Below are positions 1-13,599 of a stretch of 64,000 nucleotides of DNA, piece after piece. The DNA comes from Azolla caroliniana (lineage: Eukaryota; Plantae; Polypodiophyta): positions 12,276,001 to 12,340,000 of the forward strand of contig JBHGNT010000017.1 in assembly GCA_043228905.1 (NCBI GenBank), read 5' to 3'. The notes beneath the pieces were generated by a model that saw only the letters and a program-made list of their open reading frames with translations, ran no database searches and had not been told where the DNA came from. Position 1 is the stretch's first letter. The number at the start of each line of letters is the position of its first letter. The translations under genes were made by a program, and so were the position numbers.

Positions 1-692
1 CGAAAAAAATCTTTGTGTGTCAATTCGGGCGCGGTATCATTAGCTCCTTCGACATAACTCCAATAGCCGTGACCAAGCAGGTACTGGTGCATCTTGTACA
101 ACCAAGACGCGTAGTTGCTCCTGTCGAGCTTCTTAGTCAGTAGCGAGCTTCCCATTTCTCTGTCCATATTGTTGTCTTATCCTTTCCGAAAACAATAACT
201 TAACTCTATCTTTATCGCCAAGCTTATTTGTCGGCTGTAGAGGAGTCTCAACCCTCGCGCTGTGATACCATGTAAAAGAATACGTGTGCAGAAGCGTATG
301 CATAAGACACTGAGTACACAGTTCGAAAATATGACAGTTCGGAACAATGCAGAAATCACAGAGAAGGAGAGGGAGAAACAGAGAGAGAAGAAACAAAAGT
401 ATATTAAAAAATAATTCTCTGTATGTTCTCTGTTCATACTTCGTGCTCAATGAGCAACTTTTATACAAGCCCCGACTATTGGGCTGACACAAGTACTGGC
501 AAGTACTTGATTGCTCATAAATGAGCCTTCTACACTAACTCCTAAAACTATTCCTTACGAGGAATAACGTTCTAAGGGCCTCTCGGTTTATGCACCACTA
601 CGGCCATGTTGTGCGTACGGTTTTACGCACCCAGTCTACGTACTGGGTTACGCACTTGTTTACGCACCCAATGTTGAGCTTGTCTCTCAACA
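1..692 (-). mobile_element. Ty1/copia element, 5' part (5' LTR 271-692, PBS, start of gag running off the window)
   Basis: LTR is bounded by TG..CA. The PBS TGGTATCACAGC (259-270, minus) is tRNA-iMet type. The gag start (KLDRSNYASW) is homologous to the copia gag starts at 13287 and 34814. Confidence 0.85.
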
Positions 693-1559
693 AATATAAA
701 TGAGGCTCAGAAAATACAAAAGCAAAATGAATGCTTGAAATTTTGATTGGAAGAACTTTACCAAGAAAGCATCTCACGTCTTTACCCCTCCAAACATATG
801 AGATGTGATTCGAGATCCGATAACTATGGTAACACTATGGTGTTTTAAAAACCGTGGGGGAAAACATATCTAAGATGTCTTTCTTAGATCTATATCTTGA
901 ATAATCATGGCGGCTCCCCGAGGCTCAACCATGGTTCTAACATCAATGTAGTTTCCTAGTTAGCCTTATATTAGAATGCCAACCCAACATGTATTGACAA
1001 GCAAGTGCGCTCGCAAGTAATATTCTAGTCTTGCGAGTAACAAGCAAATGTTATGAAAAAAACGATAAAATAAGGCACTACCCATTAGAGGCAAGTAGTG
1101 ACGAAAACATGGGTCGAAAAACCCATGTGCTACCTACTAAAAAAATGTCACAAATAAATGGATGGTGCGAGGTATGCACATATACATCCAAATATGGTGG
1201 TTGTAATTTGCACAATTGTGACATAAGCCACAAATTGATACAAATGGTGGTGGTGTTGTGCACACTCAACTCTATGAGTAGAACATCAATAGGGGAACTC
1301 ATGTGGTTGTACTCGAGTTCTAAGGCTCGATAATATAAGTTAAACCTAGATGACCCATTGGAAAAAGCGTTCAAAAAAACCGTCATGATGCCTACTCAAT
1401 ACGAAAAAATAGTTTACATGAAATTGTTACATCATAGGTAAACGCACAGAAATACTTTAAACATGAAAAGTAAGGGTAATAAAAAAGAGAGTGAAGTGTG
1501 TGTGGGTAAATGACAATCACAAGCAAATCTAAAGAAAGCAAAGACTGCAACATGATTAG

Positions 1560-1822
1560 GAGTGAGCGACCATGTGTGGTCCTCTTTGAGAACTGGAACG
1601 TGGACGACCATGTGCGGTCCTCATCAAAAACATGAATGGGCGTGAGCGACCATGCGGCCCTCATCGAGAACTGGAACACGAACAAGCATGAGCGACCATG
1701 CAGCCCTCACTGAGAACTGAACACGAACGGGCGTGAGCGACCATGCGACCCTCACCGAGAATTGGAACACGAACGAACGTGAGCGACATGCGGCCCTCAC
1801 CGAATACTGGAACAGGAACGTG
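1560..1822. repeat. Degenerate tandem repeat, ~45-bp unit, 5-6 copies
   Basis: Recurring GTGAGCGACCATGCGGCCCTCA.CGAGAACTGGAACACGAAC. It abuts the truncated gypsy RT. Confidence 0.75.
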
Positions 1823-1834
1823 GAGTCTGCCACT

Positions 1835-3402
1835 CTACCATAGTTTTGACCTTAGCTGGGTCCATGGAGATGCCTTCCGAGGAAATGACATAGCCCAGAA
1901 ATTCCACTGGTTGCACCCAAAACTACATTTTTCCAGCTTTGCATAAAGACCATGTTCTCGAAGTCGTTTTAGTACTAACAATACATGAGAATCATGCTCT
2001 TCTTGGGTCTTCGAATAAACCAGTAGATTATCCAAATAGATGATCAAACAAATATCCAAGAGATCTCAGAATATATCATTTGCCATGTGCTGGAAGACTG
2101 TTGGCGCATTAGTGAGGCCGAACGACATGACCGTATACTCAAAGTGCACATATCTAGTGCGAAACGCGGTCTTCCATTCATCTCCTGGTCAAATCTGTAC
2201 GAGGTTATAGGCTCCCTATAAGTCAATCTTCGTGAAGAACCTGGCACCATTGATCCGTTCTAAAAGACTTGAGATAAGGGGAAGTGCATACCTATTTCTA
2301 ATTGTAACCTTATTCAAGCCACGGTAATCTACAACGAAACGAAGTGATCCATCCTTTTTCTTGACGAAGAAAATGGGTACGCCGGTTGGAGATTTCAAAT
2401 GCCGAATGAAACCATTTTCCAAATTCTCCTCTATATAGGCTCACAAGACTTCTAGCTCGGTTGGTGACAAATTGTAGATCGGTCCCCATGGTGGCTCTTT
2501 CCCCGGTTGTAAATCGATGGGGCAATCATACGGTCGATAGTGAGGAAGTATATTGGCTTGTACTTTATCGAACACATCGGCATAATGATGATACTTCTTT
2601 GGAAGTTGAACGGTGGATTCCTCTTTAATGGTGTCTGAGGGCTTTACTGATATTGCGAAGAGAAACATTTCTTCCTTGCGTCCTTCTTCCCGCAACTGAA
2701 GTAGCGAAATGGTTGCAATCTCATGAGTAGACCCTCGGGCTTTCCGATACCGGATTTCTCTTGTTCTCCAATCTATGTCTGGGTTATGTAATTCAAACCA
2801 TGGTAATCCTAAAATAATGGGGTGTTCTAGGATTCTAATTATATTAAATGATACTACACATGCTAGATTATCTAGGACAATATTAATGGGCTTTGACTCT
2901 TCTATGATATTTCTAGAAGCAATGGGACGACCATCAATGACTACTACAGAGGCTGGACACGGGAGTTTTCTGAGTGATATATGATGAGCTTGGGCAAAGT
3001 TCCTATCCATGAAGCAAGAATTAGCTCCGGAATCTAGAAGTGCTAAGACATGTACTAGAGGGGTACTTTTAGTACTAATTGTTACTTGGGCTACGAACAC
3101 ATTGCTAACTTGCTTAGAGGGAATGGAACAACTAATGGGTTGCACAGATCTAGGGTTGTCCAACCAAACGGCTCCTATTTTGGCTGGACTTAGTCGTTTA
3201 ACTCTTCTTCTAACTGACTAAGGACATCAAATTTGTTCGCTAGATTTGGGCTATTAGTTCTATTAGGACTATCAGATATCCCTACTGAAATAGACTGGGG
3301 TTTAGTACAATCAGAACTAGCAACTATTTGGTTTACATGCCTTCTTGGCCTATGGGGACAGTTTACCGCGATATGCCCTGGTCCACCGCAATAAAGACAT
3401 AG
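1835..3402 (-). pseudogene. Chromovirus-type Ty3/gypsy (family A): gag C-terminus, protease and RT, frameshifted and truncated
   Basis: Zn knuckle CLYCGGPGHIAVNC, protease LLDSGA, RT motifs [20 protein letters not shown] and YLDN. The ORF is broken into several frames. Confidence 0.92.
3158..3202 (-). promoter_or_regulatory. Putative -1 ribosomal frameshift signal at the gag/pol junction
   Basis: G TTA AAC heptamer before the gag stop, a 6-nt spacer, then hairpin GTCCAGCCAAA/TTTGGTTGGAC. The -1 frame is continuous with the protease ORF. Confidence 0.7.
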
Positions 3403-3767
3403 GGGTGAAAGCATACGAGTGGAAACAATTAGCTATGTCCTTGACATAGCTAATTAGCTATGCAAAAAGCTACCATTGATAAATAGTCATTTTGGTAAAA
3501 AGGCATCATTAATAAATTAACTATGCAAAAAACTACCATTGAAAATACTAGAGTGTTTCAATTACATATGTAAATGAGTGCCATAAATGTGCAACATAAA
3601 CGTACAACATAAATTGATATGTACACCATAAATGTGTACCATAAATTATATATCGAATTCCTAGGTCCATTATGCATGATCCTTTGCCACATCACGTAGG
3701 CCATCTCTAGTTGAGTATTGTGGGTTAGTTGCTACCACTGTTGCTAAACCCTATCGAGTCCACCTGC

Positions 3768-4367
3768 CGCCACTCTACACTCAGGCGCCGCTATTGTGCG
3801 TTCCAAGCATAATCAAAGAGCTGCTCAATCTGACGGGGTTCTCTTCTCTGTGCCACTCTACACTCAGGGGCCGCTACTGTGCGTTCCAAGCATCATCAAA
3901 GAGTTGTTCAATCTGACGGGGTTCTCTTCTCTGTGCCACTCTACACTCAGGGGCCGCTACTGTGCGTTCCAAGCATCATCAAAGAGTTGTTCAATCTGAT
4001 GGGGTTCTCTTCTTTGTGCCACTCTACACTCAGGGGCCGCTACTGTGCGTTCCAAGCATCATCAAAGAGCTGTTCAATCTGACGGGGTTCTCTTCTCTAT
4101 GCCACTCTACACTCAGGGGCCACTACTGTGCGTTCCAAGCATCATCAAAGAGCTGTTCAATCTGACGGGGTTCTCTTCTCTGTGCCACTCTACACTCAGG
4201 GGCCGCTACTGTGCGTTCCAAGCATCATCAAAGAGTTGTTCAATCTGATGGGGTTCTCTTCTTTGTGCCACTCTACACTCAGGGGCCGCTACTGTGCGTT
4301 CCAAGCATCATCAAAGAGCTGTTCAATCTGACGGGGTTCTCTTCTCTGTGCCACTCTACACTCAGGG
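3768..4367. repeat. 83-bp tandem repeat, ~7 copies, upstream of the transposase
   Basis: Near-identical ORF-track hits offset by 83 bp (3796, 3879, 3962, 4045, 4128). No spacers between units. Confidence 0.95.
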
Positions 4368-7367
4368 GTCAGAAGCTGATCTTGTCTTAAAAAGGTCTAG
4401 TCTAATGGTGTTACTTAATAGTGATGTTGACGATATAAACATCAGTGAGCTATCTAAGGTAATTGGTGTTAGTAGAAAAACAGTGTACAATACAATGAAC
4501 CATATAATTTCCTCGGGTGAAGGAACTAGTCTACTAAAGCTAACTACAAGATGTAAGCCAATGACACCCATAACATTCGAAATCAAGGATGTAATCACAA
4601 TGTTTTGGACTAATGAGAGTAGGGTTTCACCCAATAAAAAGGATTTATGCAGGAAACGTGTTGGAAGAAATCAATACGAGGAGCATCCCATTCATCTTCT
4701 TGATGTACCTCAGGTATTTACATTTATCTCAACATTTGTTTTGACTCTACATGGAAAGTTAATTAGCTCAGTTAGCAGAAAAGCTAATTAGCTTATCAAT
4801 TACATTTACCTCAATTAGCTACTAGGATAGCTACTACATAGGTAACTGGCTACTCTCAATAGCTACTACCATGATAGCTAATTAGCTATTCTCAATAGCT
4901 AATTTAGGTACTACCAGATAATTAGCTGTCCTGGTAGCTAGTTAGCTATTTGGTTATTACCAGCTAGTTAGCTACTAGGAAAGCTAATTAGCTACCATGA
5001 TAGCTAATTAGCTTACTAGGACAACTAATTAGCCACCGTGATAGCTAATTAGCTAATAGACCAGCTAATTAGCTACCATGATAGCTAATTAGCTACTAGG
5101 ACAGCTAATTAGCCACCATGATAGCTAATTAGCTACTAGACTAGCTAATTAGCTACCATGATAGCTAATTAGCTACGAGACCAACTAATTAGCTACCATG
5201 ATAGCTAATTAGTTACTAGGAAAGCTAATTAGCCACCATGATAGCTAATTAGCTACTAGACTAGCTAATTAACTACCATGATAGCTAATTAGCTACTAGG
5301 ACAGCTAATTTGCTACCATGATAGCTAATTAGCTACTAGGAAAGATAATTAGCTATTCTAGAAGCTAATTAGCTACTAGAATAGGTAATAAGCTACTAGA
5401 ATAGATAATTAGCTACTAGAATAGCTAATTAGCTACTAGAATAGCTAATTAGCTTCTAGAATAGCTAATTAGCTACTAGGATAGTTAGCTAGTTACGAGA
5501 ATAACTAATTCCTCTTTATTACGCAGGTCAATTTATTTATTAGGTTCAAACGAATGCATCCAACTATCAAAGTTCAACTACGAACATTCGAGTCTCTTAA
5601 GCCACACTTTGTGAGACGCTTAAAGGATCGATACACATGTTATTGCATTTACCATGTACAGATGGGTTTTCTGAACGACTCTATTAATCTACTACGTCAC
5701 CATAGCGCATCCCTAACTAATACAGTTTGCACATGTGGGTGCCCAATCTGTCGATCAAGCCCACAAGAGGAGTGTAAATCATCTGAGCACGTTATCTCTT
5801 CCATGAGTTATTTATTAGATTCAATATTGTGTCCGAGAGAAACTGACGCTATCTTCCATATTCATAAATGTGTCATGGGTTTATGTCAAGATTGTGGCCC
5901 TACTAGATTTAGGTGGTGTCCAAATGAATTGAGTAGTGAAATATTGATCTCTGTGAAGTTCTTTGAGTCAGTGAACACCAATTTCGAAGGAAAGATGTGT
6001 AAAAGAAAGGATCTAGTTCGGAAGATGCTTAAACCAAGGGATTTGGTATCTCTGTTTGTAGTATCTCTAGGAAAGTTCATTAAACACAACTTCATTTATC
6101 CATGGTAGGCCCATTAGTTTAAGACTTGCATATCTGATTTCCCAAATGATGTAGTAGTCTCAGTAGTAGATTTCGTAGAGAATTATACTTTCAAGCAGCA
6201 GAATGAAATTCAATCTATGCATTGGTGTTCAGTTCAGGTAACCATTTTTGTGCACATAACATATTTTCGAGTTTCAGGTGATGTTAAAAAAGTAATTCAT
6301 TTCATTATTTCCGATGATAAGAAGCATGATACCTTGTTCGTCCAACACTGTTTTTAGTTACATTGGCAGTGGTTATTAGCTCAATGTTTGGAGCTTACTC
6401 AACATTGGGTTTGGTCTGACGGAGCTGCGTCACAATTCAAGCCTCGACGTCCATTTTATTTTGTGGGGAGCTATCCTGCTATAACAGGTTTGGAGATGAG
6501 ATGGAATTTTTTTGGGTCTGGCCATGGTAAAGGTGAACATGATGGTGCAGGGGCTGTTATAAAGCGGGCACTTACCCATGAACAACTAAAGACAGATGGT
6601 GTGCACATGAATTGTGCATCACATATAGTTGAATTTTTAAGAACAAATATGTCAACAAGTGCAACATGTGTTTATTCCTCGCAAGTCCGAGATATCAAAC
6701 GTGAATTTTGGGAAGTGAAGATAGATGAAGTAAATAGGGAGAAGACCTGGGAGTGCCAAGGAATTCCCGAATTGCGATCTGTGCATGTTGTTCGCGGTTA
6801 CTCCAGGTTGGATGGTCATTGTATTGCGGTTAGAGAATTGACTTGTTTTTGCTTCCATTGTGTGCAGGGAAATTGGAGATATTGTCTAAACAAAGCATAC
6901 ATTCAGAATTGGGAGTATCACACTCTGAATGATAAGGAAGTAGTTGATGGAGAAACAGGGCAGAATGCTGACTTCACATATGAGGGACTTGGAGATACTT
7001 TGAGTGATGTCCTGAACATTGGGGATAACTTCGCTGTAAATGCTGAAGAAGGCAATTCAGAGGGTGCTGATTTCTATATATTGAAGTGCATGGTTAGTAA
7101 ACAGTGTGCAAGGCCGAATATTGTAGATGCATGGGGAAATTTTGTATCTGCCGGGACATTCTACATCGAAGGCATTTTTTATGCAAAACTAGAGTCTACG
7201 AATATGTGTACAGGCTGTTAGAAGACAAACCAACGGCGTACATGTACTCTCATTTGGTCAGGTGCATCAACGTCCCAATGTCAGAATACTATAGCTGCTA
7301 ATTTTATACATTGTTGGTGCTAATGTGTATGAATGTATTTACAATAGTATGCCATGGAATTTGTAGC
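4294..7367 (+). pseudogene. Sola2-like DDD transposase, two exons (intron 4714-5526), with premature stops and a 3' frameshift
   Basis: Phase-0 CAG|GT..CAG|GT splice joins LDVPQ to VNLFIRFKRMHP. Cys-rich region, then DFVENY..QNEIQSMHW, ISDDKKHD, WSDGAASQFK and WNFFGSGHGKGEHDGAG. In-frame TAG stops near 6106, 6116 and 6356. True start uncertain. Confidence 0.82.
4755..5510. repeat. Array of palindrome TAGCTAATTAGCTA filling the transposase intron
   Basis: Dozens of copies of the 14-bp self-complementary motif at ~20-bp periodicity. Confidence 0.95.
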
Positions 7368-8099
7368 TACAAGTAGCACTTACCATGTTCTCTTGTAAAA
7401 CAAACATGTATTTCACGAAAACAGTTAAATAAATTTGTTTGAGAATCAATTTCTTGTATACAGTCTGCTTTCTGTGCTTCTTTCTCAATAAAATCATGTC
7501 TTTTTTGTTAAGTTTTAAGTTATAAGTTATAGCGAAATAGTCATCAGTAGCTAATTAGCTGTACAAATACAGCTAATTAGCTGTCAATAGCTAAATAGTC
7601 ATCAATAGCATGAAATCAACAATCTGCAACATATTCCTCAAATTACACAGTAGATAAGTACAGTGGGAACAAGTAATTAAATTCTTCATTGAATTATGTC
7701 ATCTCTTTACATATTTATAAATTACCATTGGAAATGTCTACAAATCTCCTATAAACAGCTAAGCTCTTGCTAGTCAGTGGAACGATTCTACATATATTAT
7801 CCGCATATCGAGCTCGGTATGGAGTCCACAACCATGCACCTAGTTGGCAGCTCACTTGTTTGCACCAGGTATTGTTCAGGCATTTCCTCGGGTAGAATGA
7901 GACAGCATCTCTGAATATTGTAGTGCCGGAAATGTTCTGTATCCAAAATCAATGTATTGTTGGCATTATATTCAGGCCAAGTAGCCCAGAAATCAGAAAG
8001 TCTCTTGAATCTTGCAGCTTCCATTTGCTCACAATTTTCTCGTGCCCATTGACCTTTAAAACAACTTCACCATTTTGGGAAGAATCTTGCTAAACACTT

Positions 8100-11000
8100 T
8101 GTAAAAGGAAACGTGCGGAAGCAAGTATGAAGACCGAACAGAAGAGAGGAAACTCAGGTTTAATGGAGAGCTTGAGCTTACACGGTATACGCAGGAGAGA
8201 TAGAGAGAGAAACACAAAAAATTATATTCAATAATAGTACTCAATCTGTACATAAGACGTGCTCAGTGAGCACTTTTATACAAGTCCTAGAAGGACTGAC
8301 CGAAGTACTGACAGTACTTCAATGCTCATCAAGAGCTCCTACACTAACTCCCAAATATATTCCTCACGGAATATCTTTCCTAACGGCCTCCCGGTTTATG
8401 CACTCGGCCTAACCGATCGGTCCCAACCGATCCGGTCCTCGGCTTCTTCAGCCGATCTGGCCGATGTTGAGCTTGTCTCTCAACACTCCCCCTCAAGCTC
8501 AACTTGAGGCTCTTCGGGATCTTCACAACACCGGTTCCTCCTGGCTTCTTGCCTCGCTCGCGCTCCTCGACCTGTTCGACTCCGCGCGCTTCGACCCTTC
8601 CGGTCGGCTTGTCTGCTCATGCGGCCCTCATCAACTCTTCTGTTGTTGCGGTGTTGACGCTTCTTCTGCTACCTTTTCTTCCGCTTGGGCCTCGGTTAAT
8701 TCAGCGTGTCTGAATCAAACATCCGAACCGACTCGGCTACCTCTGATCAGTCTTCGCTCTCGTCCGAGTTGGCTGTCTCCAACTCGTCTTCGGTCTTCTC
8801 ACCCTCGATGGCGTTATCTTCCCCATGCGTGGTTGGCTTCGGCTCTCTCCTTTGGTTGCTCCCCTTCTGTCCGCTTCCGGACTTTTCCGCGGGTCCGCCC
8901 TAGGCTTCTTCAGCCGATCTGAAGTCAAACTTGTCAACCAACTCGGTGTCGCGGTGTCCGCTCCTTTCCTACTGCCTTGCTTGGTCGTTCGGGACTGTTC
9001 TCCCCCTCAAGTTCGGCACGTCAAGGTGACGCAACCCAAGCGCACCTGAGAATTGCCGCAACTTGTCCAGACCAAGAGGCTTGGTGAAGATGTCGGCAGC
9101 CTGTCGATCCGTCGGAACGTACTGAAGTTCGACTTCACCGGAAAGGACACGCTCACGGACGAAATGGTAATGCACCTCAATGTGCTTGGTCTGTGCGTGG
9201 AAAACGGGGTTCTTCCCGAGTTGGATGTTGTTGAGGTTGTCGCAGTAGATCGTCGTCGGATCTGACACCTCCACTTGTAGGTCCTTAAGTAGCCGCTTCA
9301 ACCATATGGCTTCGCATGTCGCGACAGCCGCTCCTCGGTACTCAGCTTCGGTGCTCGACAGTGCAACTGTCGGCTGCTTCTTACTGCTCCACGCGATCGC
9401 GGCACTCCCGAGGGAGAACACGTATCCAGACGTGGATCGGCGATCGGCGGCATTGCCAGCCCAATCAGCATCAGTGTAGCCGACTAACTGCGCAGCTGCA
9501 CCAGTCCAATATAGTAGTCCCCGGTCCTTAGTGTCGTTGACATACCGTAGTATGCGTTGCGCACATTGAAGGTGCTCCTCGGTAGGTCGCACCATGAACT
9601 GACTGATCACCCCGACCGGATAACTGAGGTCGGGTCGGGTGATGATCAAGTATATAAGGCTTCCAACAATTTGTCAGAACCTCGTCGGGTCGCATACCTT
9701 TCCCGTATCGGGACGAAGCTTGATGGTTCTGTCCAGAGGAGTCGAAACGGACTTACAGTCGGCCATCCCGAGTTTGAAGAGCATACCCAGCACGTAATGA
9801 CGTTGGTTGATCAATATGCCTTCGGGGTTACGGATCACTTCGATCCCGAGGAAGTAATGAAGGTCCCCCAGATCCTTCATGTCGAACGATGCCGCAAGCT
9901 GGAGCTTCACGCGGTCGATTTCACCTAGGTCGGCGCCGGTGATGACCAAGTCATCAACATACAGTAAAATACTAACCGGTCCGAGTTGACCTTTCCGGAT
10001 GAATAGGGAAGAGTCCGATTTTGACGTGACGAAGCCCAACCGACGCAGTTGTTGCGTGATCTTCGCGTTGCAGGCACGCGGGGCTTGCTTCAGTCCGTAA
10101 AGGGACTTCTTCAGTCGGCATATTGCCGAGGAGTTTGTTCCAGAGTGAAATCCGGGGGGTTGTAGCATGTATACCTATTCCTCAAGGTCACCTTGCAGGA
10201 ACGCATTCTTTACATCCATTTGATGTAGGTGCCACCCCTTGGCCGCGGCTACTGCGAGCAAAACACGAACGGTCGTCATTTTCGCGACCGGCGCAAACGT
10301 CTCATCGTAGTCGATGCCGTGTTTCTGCGCATAGCCCTTTGCCACTAGCCGAGCCTTGTACCGGTTGACCGAGCCATCGGTGTTGTACTTGACCTTGTAC
10401 ACCCACCTACACCCGATCGGTTTTACCCCCTTCGGTGCGTCAACCAGGTCCCAGGTCTCGTTCTCCGCCAATGCGTGCATCTCTTCCTCCATCGCGGCAC
10501 GCCAATTCGCGTCTTTAGCCGCTTCTGCGTAGCTCTCCGACTCACGCACTTCCGCTACACGGGTCATGTACGCATAATGATATGCCATGTACTCGTTATA
10601 TCCGAACCGCACAACTGGGTTCTTTTGGCGGGTAGATCGGCGTAATCTCACATTAGCCGATGTCGAGGCCTTCTCGGTCGACACGGTCTTCACCTTTAAA
10701 GACCCGTCACTGGTTCCCTCGGAGTCGGACTCGCGTCGGTCTGACTTGTTCCTTTCCATGCCGGAATCCGACACCTTCTTCTTCCCTTTCTCTTTGCGCG
10801 TAAGCCGTCTCCTCGGCTTCCTGCGCGGGGAATGCACGGCCGAGTCTCCACTACTCGCCGGCTCTTCATCGGACTGGTTGTACCGACTCGGTCGTCCAAC
10901 CGGTCCACTTAAACGGAGTGAAATCGGACTCTCTTCGCGGGTCTCGATTTCGGGCTCATCCGGAGGCATCTCAACCTCGTTGACCTCATCGTCAGAGCTC

Positions 11001-13599
11001 GGATTGGAGTCGAGGTTCGTAGTCGGGGGCAGGTACCAGGACGCAGACTCGTCAAACACAACGTCGCGGCTGACACGCGCTTGTTTGGTGCGAGGGTTAT
11101 AGCACTTATAACCCTTCTGCTCGTCTGAGTAACCGACCAAGATGCATTTCTCGGCCTTTGCGTCCAGCTTCCTCCTTTTCTCCTTTGGTACATGCACATA
11201 CGCAATGCTACCGAACACCCTCAAGTGTCGCAAGTTCGGCTTCGTTCCGAAATATAGCTCGTGCGCCGACACTTTGTCTCCAATCCGGTTCTGGATGTAT
11301 ACCGCGGTCCTTACCGCCTCGGCCCAGTAGAACTTGGGCAAGCTCTTCTCCTCCAGCATTGCCCGTGCCGCTTCCACAACTGACCGATTCTTTCTCTCGG
11401 CCACGTTGTTCTGCTCTGGCGTGTATCTACAACTGAATTCGCGGCGAATTCCCATTTGTTGTAGATAACCGTTGAATTGACCGGAAAAGTACTCTTTTCC
11501 ACCATCCGACCGCATGCACTTGATCTTTCGTCCCGTTTCGGCTTCCACGAACCCTTTGAGGTCCCGGAAACAGTCGAAGACTTCGCTCTTCCTCTCAATG
11601 AGGTAGATCCACGTGTGCCGCGTGTGGTCGTCGATGAAGGAAACGAAATATCGGCTCCCGCCAAGACTAACGTTTTGTGTCGGTCCCCATACATCGGAGT
11701 GTATAAGGTCGAGCTTATTCCGGCTCCGGTTTTGCTCGTTGGGGAAAGGAAGTCAGTGTTGCTTCCCGAGCTGGCAGGCTTCACAAATTTGTGCCTTTCG
11801 GCCACTAAATTTGGGCAATCCGAACACTACCTGTTTCGATTGCAGATCTTGAAGCCGCTGGTAATTGACGTGGCCTATCCGCTTGTGCCACAAGTCAATG
11901 TCCGACTCGGTCTTTTGTCCCTTCGCGAACATTGCGGTGCCGCCGTCAGTGGAGTCGAGGATGAACATCCTCCCGTCTCTGCGCCCTTGCGCAATCACAC
12001 GGCCTTCTTCCTCAATGAAGCACCTGAGGTGTGTAAACCGAACCTCAATCCCTTGGTCAACGATCTGTCCGACCGAGACCAAGTTCTTCGTGATTGTCAG
12101 AACGTGCAGCACGTTCATGAGTTTCCCTTTCTGCCCGACATGGCTAAGGGGAACTTCTCCGACATTCGCGATCGGATGCGGAGTGTCGTCTCCTGTTGCG
12201 ACTACTCCCGGTTGTATCGGTTTTTCAAGGTACGAGAACCACTCCTTATGGCTCGTCATGTGGTTTGACGCGCCGGAGTCTACGTACCACACCTCGTCCG
12301 ATCTCGGGGTGCTCTGTTTCATTGAGTTTGCTTCGTGTCTCGACACGAAGGCAAACCCTTCTCCGGTCTCCCGAAGTCTTCGGCGTAGTGCAATTGCTAC
12401 CGATTTCCCTTGTCGGTATTTCTGGAGCCATTTCTCTCCGAATCGGCGCGCTTCTTCTAGCACTCACTTTCCTTGTGGCCTTTCTTGCCACAGTACCAGC
12501 ACTCCGCGATGACCTTCCCTTGCCGGTTCTCATCGCTTCGACTCCCCCTGTTTCCGGACGGTCCGGAGTTGCTGTCAGCATCACTTCGGTGCCTTCTTCC
12601 TTGATCTCGTCAGCCGCTTCCATTGTGTACCGACTCGCCTCGTCCGCCACGACCACGGGGCCTTTCTCCCTCCGTGTAAAACATCTTGTTGTCGGTGTGC
12701 GTGCTTGTCGACGCACCCACGTGGTTCTCCTCTACCAGGAGCATCGACTGTAAGTCGAAAAAGGATGGCGTATTCTCCCGGGTACACACAACCGTTCGGA
12801 ACGCTCCGAACTTCGACGCCAAACCTCCGAGACAGATCTAGACCATCTCACTCTCCTCGATGTTCACCTCTATGGAGGCGAGGGAGTCGCAGATATCCTT
12901 GATCTTCGAGGTATAGTCCGCCACCGACAAGTCGTGTTGTCGTAGGTTGCTCAACTCCTGTCGGAGCTTAAGCTTCCTGGCTGTGGTGCTCGTGGTGAAA
13001 ATCTTCTTCAGATTTTCCCACGCACCCTTCGGCATCTTTGCATCCCGAACATAGCTCAATAGTTGTTCGCCCACACACGATGTGAAGCAGTACAATACCC
13101 TGCTCGCCGATTGCTCCCACGACGGGAACTCTCTGTGTGTTGATTCGGGTGCCGCATCATTAGCTACTTCGACATAACTCCAGTAGCCGTGCCCGAGCAG
13201 GTACTGGTGCATCTTGTAGGACCAAGACGCGTAGTTGGTTCTGTCGAGCTTCTCTGTTGGAAGCGAGCTCGCCATGCCTCTATCCATCGTTCTTCTTGTT
13301 CTTCTTCGTCAAGCTGTGTCGGCTGTAGAGAGGTTCTCAACCCTCGCACTCTGATACCATGTAAAAGGAAACGTGCGGAAGCAAGTATGAAGACCGAACA
13401 GAAGAGAGGAAACTCAGGTTTAATGGAGAGCTTGAGCTTACACGGTATACACAGGAGAGACAGAGAGAGAAACAAAAAAAATTATATTCAATAATAGTAC
13501 TCAGTCTGTACATAAGACGTGCTCAGTGAGCACTTTTATACAAGTCCTAGAAGGACTGACCGAAGTACTGACAGTACTTCAATGCTCATCAAGAGCTCC
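8100..13599 (-). mobile_element. Ty1/copia retrotransposon, near full length; 5' LTR truncated by deletion
   Basis: 3' LTR 8100-8485, PPT 8486-8496, 5' LTR 13360-13599, PBS TGGTATCAGAG. Domain order gag, protease (DSGAS), integrase, RT (YVDD), RNaseH (DADWAG), with stops and frameshifts. Confidence 0.96.

Noticed and set aside
3768-4367. Regular repeats resembling a CRISPR array
   Set aside because: Units are contiguous with no unique spacers, there are no cas genes, and the context is eukaryotic.
11477-12753. Long plus-strand ORFs opposite copia gag-pol
   Set aside because: Antisense shadows of a GC-rich coding strand.
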